A DNA stretch of 60,383 nt, the filler included, from Collodictyon triciliatum (lineage: Eukaryota), in the NCBI GenBank assembly GCA_043381765.1. It is 4 parts of 4 records of this genome, joined end to end, with 100 filler letters (N's around TTAATTAATTAA, not from the genome) between each part and the next. Parts side by side here need not be neighbours in the genome. Positions count along the whole stretch, not along the records: positions 1 to 15,024 come from JBHJMP010001739.1; 3 more parts are not named here. One strand, given 5' to 3'. The notes beneath the pieces are model-generated. The model saw only the letters and a list, made by a program, of their open reading frames with translations. It was not told where the DNA came from and searched no databases. Shown here in pieces: positions 1 through 14,102 of the stretch (position 1 is the stretch's first letter; the number at the start of each line of letters is the position of its first letter). Position numbers and translations under genes: made by a program.

Positions 1-670
1 TTTCTCTTTTTTCTCTTTTTTCTCTTTTTTCTCTTTTTTCTCTTTTTTCTCTTTTTTCTCTTTTTTTTCTCTTTTTTTCTCTTTTCCTTTGGTATTGTGT
101 TATTGTGGAGATGATTGTGGGGCGAAGCAAGTAAAATGAAGAAGGAAAAAGGCGAGGATGAGAGCCGTCGTCTTGGATTTGTCCACGCCTCATCTTCTGA
201 TTTGGCATGACTTTTGTCCAGGATGATCTCCGAATCATCACAAACACCGCGCGCTTATCTGGTGGTGCCATCATCACAGCGAATCACCAGGCATCATCAT
301 TCTCGTGATTGCATCTCAGCCTTTTCTGGAGAAAATCGCTTTCAGAGAATAACTCCTAAACTATCAGTTTAAAAATGGAAATTATAGTATTTTTCTATTT
401 ATCCATAATCCTATGTCAAATTATGCTAAATTATTCAATTACTACATGCATATACACAATATTTAAAATACTTGTTTTACATGGGCGTCCATGTATGTCT
501 GATTTTTGTGATCCACGCAAATACGCGAAACAACTGAGAATCCAGCGCAAGAAAATCATCTCGACGTCCGATGGAAAGGATGTGCGAATCAGCCTGCGAG
601 CAGTTTTCAGTAGCTGAGGATCCGCAGAACGCGCTAAGAAGGAAACCGCACTGCGTCTCCTCCAGGTCTC

Positions 671-3018
671 ATGGCTGCCCCGATTGTCGACGAGGCTTCT
701 TTTGAGAAAATGGGCGATTTCCTTGCCGACAGAGCGCATCCAATCACCGAGAAGATGCGGATGGTTTTCACGCTGTCCAACCTTGGAGGCCCGAACGCTG
801 TGAAGGCTCTCGCTCGTGGTTTGTCTTCATTTCCCGCTTCTCATTGCCAGTTTATCCTCTGCCATAATAGGCTCTACCTATTTTTATTTTATTTATTTCT
901 CATTTTCATTTTTTATTCTTTATTCTTGATTCTTTATTCTTCATTCTTCATTACCATTATCATTATCATTAATTGTTTATTCAGTTATCCTTTTCACGTG
1001 CATTTTCATATAGTCCGTTGTGTATACGTGACGAGAAACAAATTCAAATATACCTGCGTTGTTAATATATACGCGCTCACAGGCTTTGAAGAGACGTCTG
1101 CACTGCTGCTTCACGAAGTCGCTTATGTCCTTGGTCAGATGAGAGAGCCCTCAGCCGTGCCGATTCTGACTGCTGTCCTCAGAGATACAAATCAGCTTCC
1201 CATAGTGCGCCACGAGGTAGACAAAAGATAAAAGACAAAAGACAAAAGATAAAAGACAAAAGATAAAAGACAAAAGATAAAAGACAAAAGATAAAAGACA
1301 AAAGATAAAAGACAAAAGATAAAAGACAAAAGATAAAAGATAAAAGACAAAAGATAAAAGACAAAAGACAAAAGACAAAAGACAAAAGACAAAAGACAAA
1401 AGACAAAAGACAAAAGACAAAAGACAAAAGACAAAAGACAAACAAAAATAGAAATAAAGCTAAATTAAAAAAAGAGAGCCACTTTGTTAATCAGAATGCA
1501 CCCTGCCGATTGTGCTTTTCATATTTTTCTCCATTTAGCATCGTCATGATGTCTTTCGATAAAGTTAGAAACGCAAATTTAGTTCATACGATTTGAGTCA
1601 CACATCATTCATGTTGCGCCGGTCTCTTTGACCTATAAAGCCTTTTGAAACCAAACACGATGTAAATGGTGATACACATAAAACAGGCCGGAGAAGCCTT
1701 GGGTGCCATCGGATTACCTGAATCGCTGGATGTTCTGCTTGAGTTTTCAAGTGACCCCATTCGCGAGGTCTCTGAAACCTGCCAGGTTATAGCTTTACTA
1801 TACTTACTTCTCTACACATTTCTGCTTCTATGTTGAATAAAAATCGAGATTTTCCAAGCAAATATCTATCATATACCCACAGAAATATATTTAGAAGATA
1901 AAACTTATTCCCACAAGTAAAATCTTAACCGTGCTCACGTCTCACCAGGTTGCCTACAACCTCATCAAGCATTCCATGGACGCAAAGAAGGAGCATTTGT
2001 AAAATATAATCATATCAATAGCACGAACGAGATACAAAAAGCATGCATTATAATTTTCACATTATGATTTTATACCATCACTACACTTCGTTTATCTTAG
2101 TTTTGCCTACCTATTATTTTTTTTTTTTGACGTCTTGGCAATTTGTATCACATTCACTCAAATAAACACCAGCATCAACAGAGAACTCCGTTAGAATAAT
2201 CCATTTGTCTTATTGTTTGTGCAGACCAGACCCTACCTTCCTATCTGTCGACCCGGCCCCCGCCGCCGAGAATCTGACCGTCGATCAGCTTCGCAGCAAT
2301 CTCCTCAACACGAGCCTTCCCATGTTCGACCGGTACCGTGCATTATTCGCACTACGCAACATGAACACAAGCGAATCTGTCGATGTAAGGAACCCTATAC
2401 AAATCCAAACGCCTTCCCACTCACGGACGCGCAACCCATGATAAGCACCCAGCATACTTTTCAAAAATATATATTTTATCAATTATCCACCTTACACACC
2501 TTCACTGAAGACACAAACATCGACAACCACCTCGCGCCATGACCCGCGTGTCTGACGAATGATAATTCCTATTCTCACACAACGCCTGTCTCCAATTACC
2601 CCTTCTTTCTTGTTCCTCTTCTTTTCCTTCTTCCCGACCCTTGTGCGTAACCGTCTCGGCCGCCCGTGCCAAGGCCATGTGTGCCGCCTTCGACGACGAA
2701 AGCTCACTTCTCCGCCACGAGATTGCCTACGTCCTCGGACAGATGCAGAATCCTCACTCGGTCAAGGCGCTGGTCTCTGTGCTTCGCCGCCAGAACGAAA
2801 TCGGCATGGTCCGCCACGAAGCTGCAGAGGCTCTCGGCGCAATCTCCACACCCGAGTGCGAAGAGGAACTGCGGAAGTACACCCAGGACGCTCAGGACGT
2901 GGTGAGAGAAAGCTGCATCGTGGCGTTGGACATTGTCGAGTACAACTCCAGCGACCAGTTCCAGTATGCCGACGGCCTCCAGAAGGTTCTTGCGGGCGTC
3001 TCGGCAGCCAACGAGTAG
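671..3018 (+). CDS. DOHH: Deoxyhypusine hydroxylase (HEAT-repeat, 6 exons)
   Basis: GT-AG exons 671-818, 1083-1216, 1687-1785, 1949-1998, 2225-2384 and 2674-3018 splice in frame. They give the four HE motifs ([53 protein letters not shown]), plus SVDPAP and the C-terminal [18 protein letters not shown]. Confidence 0.95.
1220..1445. repeat. (AAAAGAC/AAAAGAT)n heptamer microsatellite in DOHH intron 2
   Basis: Tandem 7-mer visible directly; it generates the spurious FVFCLLS ORFs. Confidence 0.95.
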
Positions 3019-3307
3019 ATTCGATAAAGCCATGCAGCCTATGTTGTTCTGTTTGTGATGGGATGTGATGTGATTTGATGTGATTTGATTTGATTTGATT
3101 TGATGTGATTTGATGCGATTTGATGGGATATGATGTGACATTTGCTGATAAACTCGTCCATTTTAGTTCGAACTTTTAAAATTTATTTTTACTTCATTTT
3201 CTCTTTCCATTCATTTATTTTTACTTTTAGCTCAAGGTTTTTCGTTTCATTATTATTTTATTTTGTTTGCAAGCTTGCTGCCGTGGCTGTGGGTTGGTAG
3301 ACTCGCC

Positions 3308-6300
3308 ATGGAGTCGTTGCAGAGACCAGCCTTGATTGGTGCAGGAGCTCTGCTTGTTGCGGGGGCGTTCGTGTGGATAGGTATGTTGGGGCAGCGCAAT
3401 GTGCTCACCTCACCTTCATTTTTCACCTCACCTTCATTTTTCATTTTTCATTTTTCATTTTTCATTTTTCATTTTTCATTTTTCATTCCTCACCTTCATT
3501 TTTCATTTTTCATTCCTCACCTTCATTTTTCATTTTCATTTTTCATTTTCATTTTCATTTTTCTTATTTTTATCAAGTATATACTGTTTCCCCTACACTG
3601 CCTTTTTACTTGAAGGATAAGCTTGAATCCAAAGAGTGAATATGTCATTACAAATTGCGTTCGTTAGTGTTAAGATACATTATCATTTTGCACAAATATC
3701 GCGGGAATTGCTCATGAAAAGCTAAAAGTCATGAATGACTGACTGCTGAAGTAGGTCGAACGAGATTTATACCTGATGGTAGAGCTGAGGAAGTCTTACC
3801 AGGGGTCGAGGATGTGTCCCTTGAGCAGCGCTTTGGTATAGATGTTGAAAGGACTGTTTTGCCGACAAGGTTTGAATATATCTATTCTCAAAATCCTCCT
3901 TTTTTTTTTTTTGCATAATTGCAGAACCTGCCAGATAGTTTACTATTGAAAGTTCTAATTACAATAAAAAAATTTTATCATGAAATTACACGTATAAGTT
4001 TCCTGGTCTTGTCCGTGCAACATCCCATTCAAATGATATATAATCGCTACCTTTTCCTCTCCACCTCCCTAATATCCAAGCCACATTGAGCGCAGAGAGA
4101 GGGTGACTGTGTTGCAGTTGATACCGTCATTGAACTTCGGTTGGTACCTTATTCGCCATACCCTTCTTTTTGAAACATATGTTCATGGAAAAACAGAAGC
4201 ACTTTTCTGTCTCCTTTTATGTGTAACGATATCTTATGAAAGGGGGTGCGGAGCAGGGAGCCCTGGCTGTGGCAACACATCTGGCAAGCAGAAACTACCA
4301 TTCAATCATTTTAACATCGGGTGGTATGTCCTTGTCTGATATTCTTATCTTAATATAGTTTGTGCGTATATTTACTCATAAACTCCACTGCCATTATTCA
4401 ACCCCTTATTTTACACGATCTTTTTTCAACAATTGTTGATTGAAAAAATAATTATCATAGGCTCTATGACAAGAAACCCTCGTAATGAAGACTCGAATTT
4501 TACGATAATTACTCATCCCTCCATGAAATCAAAGGCTTTATTTGATTTGGTGTGGCGCAACCCACGAAGCATCATCGACATTGTCAGGAGGTTCTCTCTC
4601 TTTTTTTCGTCTCTCTTTAATCTTTTTGTTTTCAGACCCTCATTTCATTCGTTCGATTTATTCATAAAATGATGGCATATCTGCCCAGCCAGCTTCCCAC
4701 TACTGATTGTTGATTTTAGACATAATGTCAAGATAATTCACGTTCGTTCAAGACCTTTGGCCTTCAGCTTGACTCTAGCTCGACCATTTCTCTCCAATCC
4801 TATCATCGTCTCGACTGTGCATGGCGCTTATGATTACAAACTTTTCACTGGATGGTAGTGTGGCCGATAAATAGAGCGCAAAGATGACAATCAATTCTCA
4901 AAATGTATACTTTAACAAACAAGAGCTCTGGGCTGTATTCAAGAGGAAATATAACTGACTGTTTTTCTTCTTCTTTCGAATCAAATAGGTATAACAACAT
5001 GATGCTTTCTGCCGATGTTGTGGTTGTTCCTTCGTACTTTATGGCGGAATACATTCTAGAAAACTACGCATCATCTGAGAGAGATATTGATTCGATTTCT
5101 CACAAGATTGAAGTCATACCCAGAGGAATAGATACAGATGTAGGCAACCCTAAATGTGCATTTACGTCATACATCATAATTTTGTTTCTAAAAAAAGCCT
5201 CCAGAATATTGAAAATCCTTACTTTTGCCAAGTATTTCAATCCAAACGCGGTTGATAATACAAGGACACAAAGACTACTTCTTGAATGGCGTCTGCAAAA
5301 AGACCCTCGGAAAAAGTGACATATTTCCTGAATCAGACACATGATTTTTCTTTTGACGCTCGCATCATGCCTGAAGTTTTATATACCTTACCATATACTC
5401 GAAGTGACTATTGCATGTGTAAGGATGGACGATTATCTAAAAAAAAATAAAAAAAATAAATATCGCAACTAACCACATCGCATGGTACGACAAGATATGT
5501 CGTGCTTCCAGCTCGTTGTTCTCGGTGGAAAGGGCACAAGGAATTTATCCACGCAATTATGCACTTAAGAAACCAGGATATCGTTGGTCTACTTGTCGGC
5601 GCCCTCGACGAGGAATCAAAACTCTACCATGAGTTAAATCAGTGAGATTTCAGAATATAGTGCTTCTAATTTCTCAACCATATCTCATTTCAGCCATTTT
5701 GATACACAAACATCCACATTTTCATGAGAAAAAAATCTGGTTAAAGGCTAGTATCACAATCTAAAGTGTCGAAAACAATCATTAGGCTTTGCAAGGAGGC
5801 GGCTGCAAAAGGATTTACATTCTTTCTTCTTCCTCCGTGTTCAGACATGCCAGCATGCTATGCTCTTTCAGATCTGGTCGTTTCTCCTTCTACAAAGCCT
5901 GAGGCCCACGGACGCGTAATTATTGAAGCTCTCTACATGGGTAATGAATCCATTCTTTTTCATCCAGGAAATTATACGTAAAAAATGAAAAATAATCAAA
6001 TGCGCCAAGTGACTTGCAATTGCCCAACATAGGGCGCCCTGTTGTTTCTTTCGATCATGGCGGTGGAAGAGAAACGATTGCCACGACAAAATCAGGGTAT
6101 TTGGCTAAACTCGGTAATCCATCATTTCGTTTGTTTCTCAACTTGAATCTTGATGTCTGGAGGATAGCGCATATTCGCTCAGGTAAATGACATATCAGTC
6201 TCTTCAACAGGTGACATAGAGTCTCTGTCGATGATGATTGCCCGCGGACTTACCATTCCTTTTGATGACCACCAAGCGCGTTCGATTATTTCGATGTACT

Positions 6301-6365
6301 ATACCCAAAAAGTTATGTGTCGGCTCTATGAAGATGTTTATGAAAACATTCTAGCCCAGGAGTAG
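3308..6365 (+). CDS. Glycosyltransferase family 4 (GT-B fold) with N-terminal membrane anchor, ~12 exons
   Basis: Spliced product includes VTVLQLIPSLNFGGAEQG, IIHVRSRP, STVHG, YNNMML.ADVVVVPS, IEVIPRGID, VLPARCSRWKGH, DMPACYALSDLVVSPSTKPEAHGRVIIEALYMGRPVV..DHGGGRE (GT4 E-x7-E motif) and ends ENILAQE*. N-terminal hydrophobic segment ALIGAGALLVAGAFVWIG. Confidence 0.88.
3405..3562. repeat. (TTTTTCA)n / CCTCACCTTCAT low-complexity intronic repeat
   Basis: Tandem repeat visible in GT4 intron 1. Confidence 0.9.
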
Positions 6366-6546
6366 ACGCCTTCTAGAAAGAATCAATAAATCAGAATCAC
6401 ATCTTCGAAGACGCATCTCGCAAAACCGCTTGAAAACTGCAAGTTGGAATCGCCCATTTTTGTTTGTCGGTGTAATTATAGCTAGTTTATCGATAGAGTC
6501 TTGAACTGTTGTTTTATTCTCGATGCAACCATTCTTGGAACTTGCG

Positions 6547-9500
6547 CTACAAGAGTATCGGCTGAATGCTTTTCTTGTTGACAGGAGCACGGCACACAGG
6601 ACAAGCAGACACTCGAGGCTCGGTGACCCGGTCTGTAAAGTATCGAACGAGAGACAGAATCATGATTCTTTCAGAAGTTAACATTAATTTGTGGGGGGCG
6701 AAACCATTCCATCAAAGCACCTGTGGATTTTGCAGGGTTTATACATATTTAAGAATGGAACACAGTTCCTTATTGCAAACACAGCATACAAAAACCTGCG
6801 CATTCGTGACAGAAGCTGTGTCCGCACCCTATCAAAACTGCATCCCGCATGTTTCTTCTGCATTGTTTGCAGAGATGATAACCCTGATAAATATTTGTTC
6901 ACGCGATGTTTGAATATCAGAGAGAAAAGATTTTTAGTTCCATAAAATATTTTGTGGGTTATACTTAATCCTGAAATTTTCTTTATATATTTATATAAAT
7001 CTTTGCTACTTACACGATAATATTCCAACTCCTTTGTTGTGGAATCTTCCCTTCGCATCGAATCAACAGATTTGGCCATGTCTATCACTATTTCTTTCAG
7101 CTCAGTTATCATCTCCTAAAATAATTCAATTTTCATTTATTCTTTCTTTGTGCGCAATACTTTAAGAAAAAATAAAATAAACCGTCCTGAAAAATATGCC
7201 AGTTGCCATTCAAAAGTATATTTTGTTATTCTATTATTTAAACTAATATAGGGAAGATATAGATAACTGGTGGACAACTTTACTTTTGCCAAAATATTTT
7301 CTTCCTTTTCGGCAGCCAGCGCCGCTGTCAATTGTCTGTGGGCATAATCACAGGAGGAAAGTCTTCGAACCTTTACGATGATGGAATGGTTATTTGGAAT
7401 GAATGCTAGGAATTGATGCATTCATGGCTGGGATTTTTGATTATATGGATGCGTATTTTTTCGGTATATTTAAATATGGAAGCATGAAATCGTTACAGCT
7501 CCAAAAGAAATTAGATTCACTTCCGAAGCAGTCGAGAAAATGTAAAACGTGAGTATTCTTTTTTTTTTGTGACAATTTACCTTAATTTCTGACTCCCTCC
7601 ATCTTTCCAGGCCTTCTTCGAGCAACATACGAATCTCCTGGGGATGGATAAATGTAAAATTGCAATCTAAACTTTTATATGAATCCCTTTTATATTTCAG
7701 AAGTTCATGAATATCGAAAAGAGTGAATCAAGAAAAGACATGTTAATTAGATTGATTGCATACGCGAATGTCACTTTTATAACGTATTTTAAATCCGTCC
7801 ATTATTTCCTAAGAATAGCACACATCGCGGAATGGTGAATCATCACCATTTTTTTTTTTTTTAGATAAACGAAAGTACATAAAATGGAATTTTGAAGTAA
7901 TTACAAGTTGTTTTCTCAAGTTTTCAATTTCGTTATCTTGTTTCGAAGCAAGCTCTTTCTGGGTAAAGTTGTTTGAAGATAAAATCTTAAAAATGACCCT
8001 TTCAACACTTGATTTTAAAAATTAATGAGAAGGTATAAGAGATTGAATGTAGTAAGGACTATACCAACAACATGTTTTCGTTTGATTTAGATACCACAAT
8101 TTTTTCGAGGTCATCGCCTTTTCTTTTTAATGCTGATATCATGTTTCTATCCTTAACTCTCTTTACATACTCATTTAGTAGGCATAAAAACATTACAAAT
8201 GGATTCAATTTGCATAAAATGAGTGATTTTTTTTTACCTCAAGGGCATTTCTTGACAGCTCGGACTCATAAGCGCTCAAACTCGTAAGTAATTTGGGGAT
8301 ATTCTCCTATTAAATCAAAAATTTAAAGTCAAGGCACTGTACAAATACAATACATAATTAGGTTATCTTGACTAAACGACTAGAGAAATATCATATAATG
8401 ACGAAGATTATTGCCTCCATGGCTCTGTTTTTGCTCATCATCTCCTCAAAGAAGGATTCTTGCATCGAGTGAGTCTGAAAATAGCGGGTATACGATGCGT
8501 TAACGAGTACATTTAATATTTATGAAATCCAAAAGAAAAAGAAAAAGAAAAAGAAAAAGAAAAAGAAAAAGAAAATTATGTTTGTTAAAAATCAAGTGCT
8601 ACCAAATTTTTAAAGAATAGCTGGGATTTAAGTTCTTCTAGTTGATTTTCAAGGGTTCCCAATCTTTCTACCAAGGATTCCTAATTTGTGAGTCGTTAGG
8701 AATAATGTAAAGATGTTTTATTCCTATGATACAGACAAATATTGCTATCTATGATGAAATCATATGCGAAAACAAAATCGTAATAACAGTAATAACAGTA
8801 ATGATAATATAATAAAAGACGAAAACCTGAGATTCCGAATTATAGAGGAGGATATTTGATTCACATAGCGAACTAATTTCTGACAGCTTTTCCAAAACAT
8901 TTTCATTCTGCAGTTTTATTACGATATTCATTTAACTGTGTTAAAATATTGAGGAAAAATGACCTACGAATTATGGTGTATTTTTAATGAATGTTTAAAT
9001 TTGAGGGTCATGAAAAAACGCGCAGGTTAAGACTAATACGTATATTAAATACTATATGATGTTCTTCAGAAATACCGATAACGGGTCTTTGCTCCTTTTG
9101 ACATCGTCAGACCATGATTGCAGCCTGTCTTTCATCAGTTCTTGCATATACCTTTTTGTGTAATTTTTTTCCGATGCAATGTTTGTAGCGAAAAGGAAAT
9201 CTTTAGATACATCAGATTATTTTTATGCCAAGAAAAGGGTTTTATAATGGCATAATAAACGCGTATAGAAATTGAAATGATTCTCACATAAATCGACTTC
9301 TGGCAGATTCATATTTTGAGCTGGATTCTTTTGCTATGGACATGAATTTGGCGACGTTTTCTACCGATGGGGCAATATATTTGATTCCAAAATGTTGTTG
9401 GCAGGTATATGAATTTATTCGTTTATTTACATAATTTGTATACCGTTATAAAATTTGGCGTGATTGTCAATCACAGATTTGACCTGGATATTTCACATAA

Positions 9501-10400
9501 ATGAGAAAAAAAAACATTCATCTTCATTATTGTTCATGAAAATAATTTTTTTTTGTTGCTTTGGATGATTTTAGCCCAATTGTGATTCATTTCGTTTTAT
9601 TGGCCTCATTTCAATTTCTAGTCAACCTGTTCAACAGGATTTTTGAATGGATCTATTATTCTTTTCAACAGCCCATCGCACAAATCTCCTATTCGTCCAC
9701 TAAATGAAATATAATACACCAAATTATGAACATTCTCCCTCAAAATCTTACTTCACCTACCGTATTTGTTAAAAAAAATATGAAAAGGAACACTATTTCG
9801 ACTTGAATTCATTTTTGAATATAAAGCAAGGTGATGAAGAAAAATATCGAACGCGTAAGTTTGAATTGCCCTTTTTTCAGCCTCCATTAGCTATTTATTA
9901 AAACAAAAAGTCAATATTGAAAATTTTTTTAGAGAAAAGTAACGAATGTGAAAGCTAATTGATAAACATTTCGGATAGATTTCAATTCTACGAAACAACT
10001 TCCATAATGAGGTGTCAGAGTCAAACTTACACTTTTTTGAAAGTTCTCTCTCTCGGCGGCTGCTTCTTTCGAAGAGATCTCCAACTTCTCTACAAAATCG
10101 GCTGTCAAGGCCCTTCTGTTGCTCTGAAAATATTGTTATCATACACATGTCTTATATGCATCGCCTCTTTTCGAGCTTGTGTGAAATTATAAATTTTAAA
10201 AAACATCAAAAGTTAAGAAAGTGGCGCATGTCTGTTTTTACTCATTATCGAAATATTTTAGTGAAAACATATCATTCAATATTCTTCTTCCATGAAATTA
10301 CGACAAACTTGTAGATTCTCCATGGACAGAGTGGTTAGATAGAGTTTAACATGTGTTTCACTGGAAATGTACTTCATATCTTTTGTCCAAGAATCAGCTC
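6547..10400 (-). CDS. Coiled-coil protein with C-terminal C3HC4 RING (BRE1-like E3 ubiquitin ligase); 5' end uncertain
   Basis: Last exons splice to KELEYYR|GYHLCKQCRRNMRDAVLIGCGHSFCHECA|DRVTEPRVSACPVCRAPVNKKSIQPILL* (stop 6547-6549). Many short upstream exons encode E/K/L/Q-rich helical segments (e.g. ESLVERLGTLENQLEELKSQL). Architecture matches Bre1, but orthology is not established. Confidence 0.7.
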
Positions 10401-10657
10401 TTAATTTTAAGGTCTAAGTACAAAATGAAGCAAGTTTTTGATAAATATTTGGTGAATATAGTCATTATTGAATGTATTTACATAATCTGGAAAGACTACA
10501 TCGTACCAAAAAAAGAAAAGAAAAAGAAAAAGAAAAAGAAAAAGAAAAAGAAAANNNNNNNNNNNNNNNNNNNNNNNNNNNNNNNNNNNNNNNNNNNNNN
10601 NNNNNNNNNNNNNNNNNNNNNNNNNNNNNNNNNNNNNNNNNNNNNNNNNNNNNNNAA

Positions 10658-10704
<47 letters not shown>

Positions 10705-10790
10705 AGAATTTTTTCAGTTCAAACGTATGGAGCAGCTATCGTTATAATCTAGGGTAAATGAATAGATGAATAATACAGTTCCTTGAATAG

Positions 10791-13700
10791 GAACCATTTA
10801 CTAGACGAAGTATTACAAAAAACATGGTCATGCAAAACATCGTAAGCCATTTCATTAGGTAGAGTTTTAAAAAAATTAACAGGCCCAAATATATGTATTC
10901 TAGTTTAAATTATCTTTAATTAACTTGTATCATCTTCTAATTTATTTTGGGATTATTCATTACATTACCAGACTTTTGTCAGTTTAAACTCTCCTATGCC
11001 TTTGCTAATTGCCCTCCTTCTTTTTATCTTCAATTATACTCATACAATAACTGAAGCGAACAATGAAAACCATTTCTAAGTTATAATAACCGCGAATAAT
11101 TAGACTGGAGACAATCATGGTTTCTTCCTTCGATACTTGTAAAGGTTTACATTACAAATAAGCCTTTTTTTTTTTTTTTGAACAAAGGGACGTACGAAAT
11201 GATCTAATAGCAACAATCAACTTGATTTCTTTTACTATGTCATGTACACATACAGATTCCTCTAAATTTGTATTCTCAAATCCATAATCAACCACCTTTC
11301 TGCAATATAATATCAATAGATGAAAATCCCCATGATGAAGACGCTTATTCTCCAATATGTTCACAAATTACGAGCACTACAAAGTCATTTGTTAAGCCTT
11401 CATTCAAGCCCCTCTTGCATCCTCCAAGCGTCTCTAAACCGACCAAAATTCTAGAAATGGAAGCAACGTAATCATTCCTATATTCAATTTAAAGTAATAT
11501 AAAGCCAAACATAGGGCACACGCTATCCCTCTCAAATAGGGTTTAATTTTTATTGCCCGAAATGATTATATTTATCGACAGAATCATAAAATTAACACAC
11601 GATTGATCGTTACATATTTCATCATCTAGCAAAAGAAAACAAGAACATGAAGAGGATCATGAAAATAGTATTTTTTTGAAACATTTTATTTTCATGAAAT
11701 GTAAAAAAGTGAATGTGATATGATATAAAAATCAACAAGATGGGAAATGTCATTAACACGGTGTTCTATGTAATTTTAAATCAGGTCCTAACAAGAACCC
11801 TTGCCTAAATAAGGACATCGCGGTAGGTTGTCAATATTTGGCCCATGAGATGTATTTCCTCGTTTAGCAGAATTTGAAAACGCGTATTACAAACAGGTAG
11901 TCCATACAAATGATATACATCAGTTCTCAAACGCGAAGCCATCATCACAAAGAGAAAAGACGGTAATTCTTTTTTTTTTGAAACATAAATCATTTTTAAT
12001 TAATATTAGAATGGCAATTTTAGGGCCTTACACATTCAAATTATTCTTGAAGAATGTCTAAGCTATCTTTCCTTAATTACACCATGAATTCTTTAAAATT
12101 AGAAAACTAAACAAGAACGCAAAGTTATTCTTGCAACAAATGTTTCGGATAGTGATAAGGTATTGTTTATGTACTTTATAAACTTAATTTTCAATTTTAG
12201 AAAAACAATTTTCTCCATACAAGAAGTTAGCGTGTTACACTTTCTTGTCATTCTTTATTCTATATTTCATATATTTTAACTGGAACAGAACGAACTGAAG
12301 CCGGCTCTTTCTAAAATGAACGCTGTTCTAGTAGATAAATTCAATCACACCGTTACACACATCGTACGTTATCATTAAAATTATCCATAAACTTGTATTT
12401 TTTTCTTGGATTAGAAGAATAAAAAAGGGATAAAACGACCAAGAGCGCGACTATTACTGCCATGATCCAAAATTTACAGGTTGCCAATGTGGACCATCAT
12501 GGATGTGTTCGGCGCACATTCAAGTATTTGGAAGGGGTCTTGCATCGCATCTGGATACTTGACTTTTCTTGTAATAGCCACATCGGATTTTTTTTTTAAA
12601 CAATACATTTCGCTAATAATGATCAAATATGGTTGAGAAAAGTCATATCAGTTGCATGGTGTTTACAAATTGTTCTATCCAAAAATAATAAAGGACCCAA
12701 TCTGCACACAATCTATAGGGTTAAGACTCAGTGTACGAGAGCAAGACTGGATGCTAGAGGAAGAGTACGAAGTGAAGGGAGATTCGTTATTTATGGGTGG
12801 CCCTGCTCGGGCACGCTTGTCAAAGCATAAAACCGTGAGGCTATCCCGAAAAATATCTTTTTTTCTTTTGTTTCTCCAAATCACTGCTGCCAATCTGTTT
12901 ATTTATGGTCTTTAATTTTTTTTTATTATGTCTTATTAAACGAACATTCTTATCAGTCGTCCCTTTTATTTGACAATTATTCGTTTTTCTTGGACGGGGA
13001 ATTCACGTCCGCTGGACTTGGGTATTTTATAGTTTATGATTCCATTCGAAAGACACTTGACCAGCTTTCTTATTTATTATGATTATTATTATACATTATA
13101 TCAGTTTTTATTTTCATTTATTCACTTCTAAGCTCATCAAATATGCGCATTTCCGCGACACAACTGTGCAACCTAGTGAAGCCTTGTTATATTTTTGTTA
13201 TTTAGAAAGAAAGAAATCAATTCGTTGCTTAAAATCGGTGGAGCCGAGGTAAGCTTCTTAACTATTTTTTGAATCGAATAAAGGAAAAAAAAGTTTCTGA
13301 ACTACTTGTTTTCGGCATTTTCTCATCTCAACTCGGGCTGATTTACTATAATCTTATATTTCAGCCTCGCACGAAAATACTATGCACACTTCTTTTTAAT
13401 ATAAAATTTCGGATATATATATATATATATATAGATATACTATATCCTTGTGAATCCATTTACCCTAACCTGTACAATATGCTTTTTTTTTTTTTTTTTT
13501 TCAAATATCATGAATTTAAGCATTAATGACGAATATGGTGTAGGTGCTCAAGAAACCTCCTAGATTTGCAGAAGGAGCTCGTATTGCCAGTGGAGAAAAT
13601 GGAATATCCAGGGAGCGCACTTTGGTCCTGTTCGACCCTAAGTTACAAAGTGAAGACATTCAGAAACTTGCGCGAAAGGTGCCGATCTTCCGACGATAAT

Positions 13701-14102
13701 ACTTATACTTTTATGAGTTTAGCAGATACGCACAAATCACAATGAAAAATCACAATGAAAATGATACACATACGTTACTGTCTGTATTTAAATGATTTGG
13801 ATACTTTCATGACATCACGCGCAGCCACCCTCTTTTCGTCCTAGTCTTTGTCTCATTCATTACTATTGCCATTGCTATGCTAATTATATATGATTTTCTC
13901 TGTTCATTCCTCCTCATGTGGGTCCAACTACTTGTGGCTGGTAACTCGCTACTGCTCCCACACCCTTTGCTCCTCCCTCTTTTCTGCGCAGTACCAGGCC
14001 GAAAACATCGTCGCCTTCTCGTGGGCGTTGGATTCTATCAGCAATTATCGGCTTCTCGCTGTAGACACGTACCAGTCTTTTTGCAGCACCGACCGGTCGT
14101 AG
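10791..14102 (+). CDS. BRCA1/BARD1-like tandem BRCT protein (5' exons probably lost in the N gap)
   Basis: Exons encode VILATNV, VTHI|VANVDHHGCVRRTFKYLEGVLHRIWILDFS|W..EEEYEVKGDSLFMGGPARARL, PLLFDNYSFFLDGEF, LLKIGGAE|V and IVAFSWALDSISNYRL. The first visible exon (10791-10858, EPFTRRSITKNMVMQNIVSHF) resembles the post-RING helix of BRCA1. Confidence 0.75.

Noticed and set aside
230-320. Three RTGATGA (box C-like) motifs on the minus strand
   Set aside because: No appropriately placed downstream CTGA box D or terminal stem, so a snoRNA cannot be supported.
1151-1445. Low-complexity ORFs (FVFCLLS repeats here; poly-F/K/I/Y, HTITQ, EKEK and ISIS ORFs elsewhere)
   Set aside because: They are translations of intronic or intergenic microsatellites, not genes.
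6351-6590. Minus-strand ORF apparently overlapping the GT4 stop codon
   Set aside because: The real terminal RING exon uses another frame and stops at 6547, so the coding regions do not overlap.
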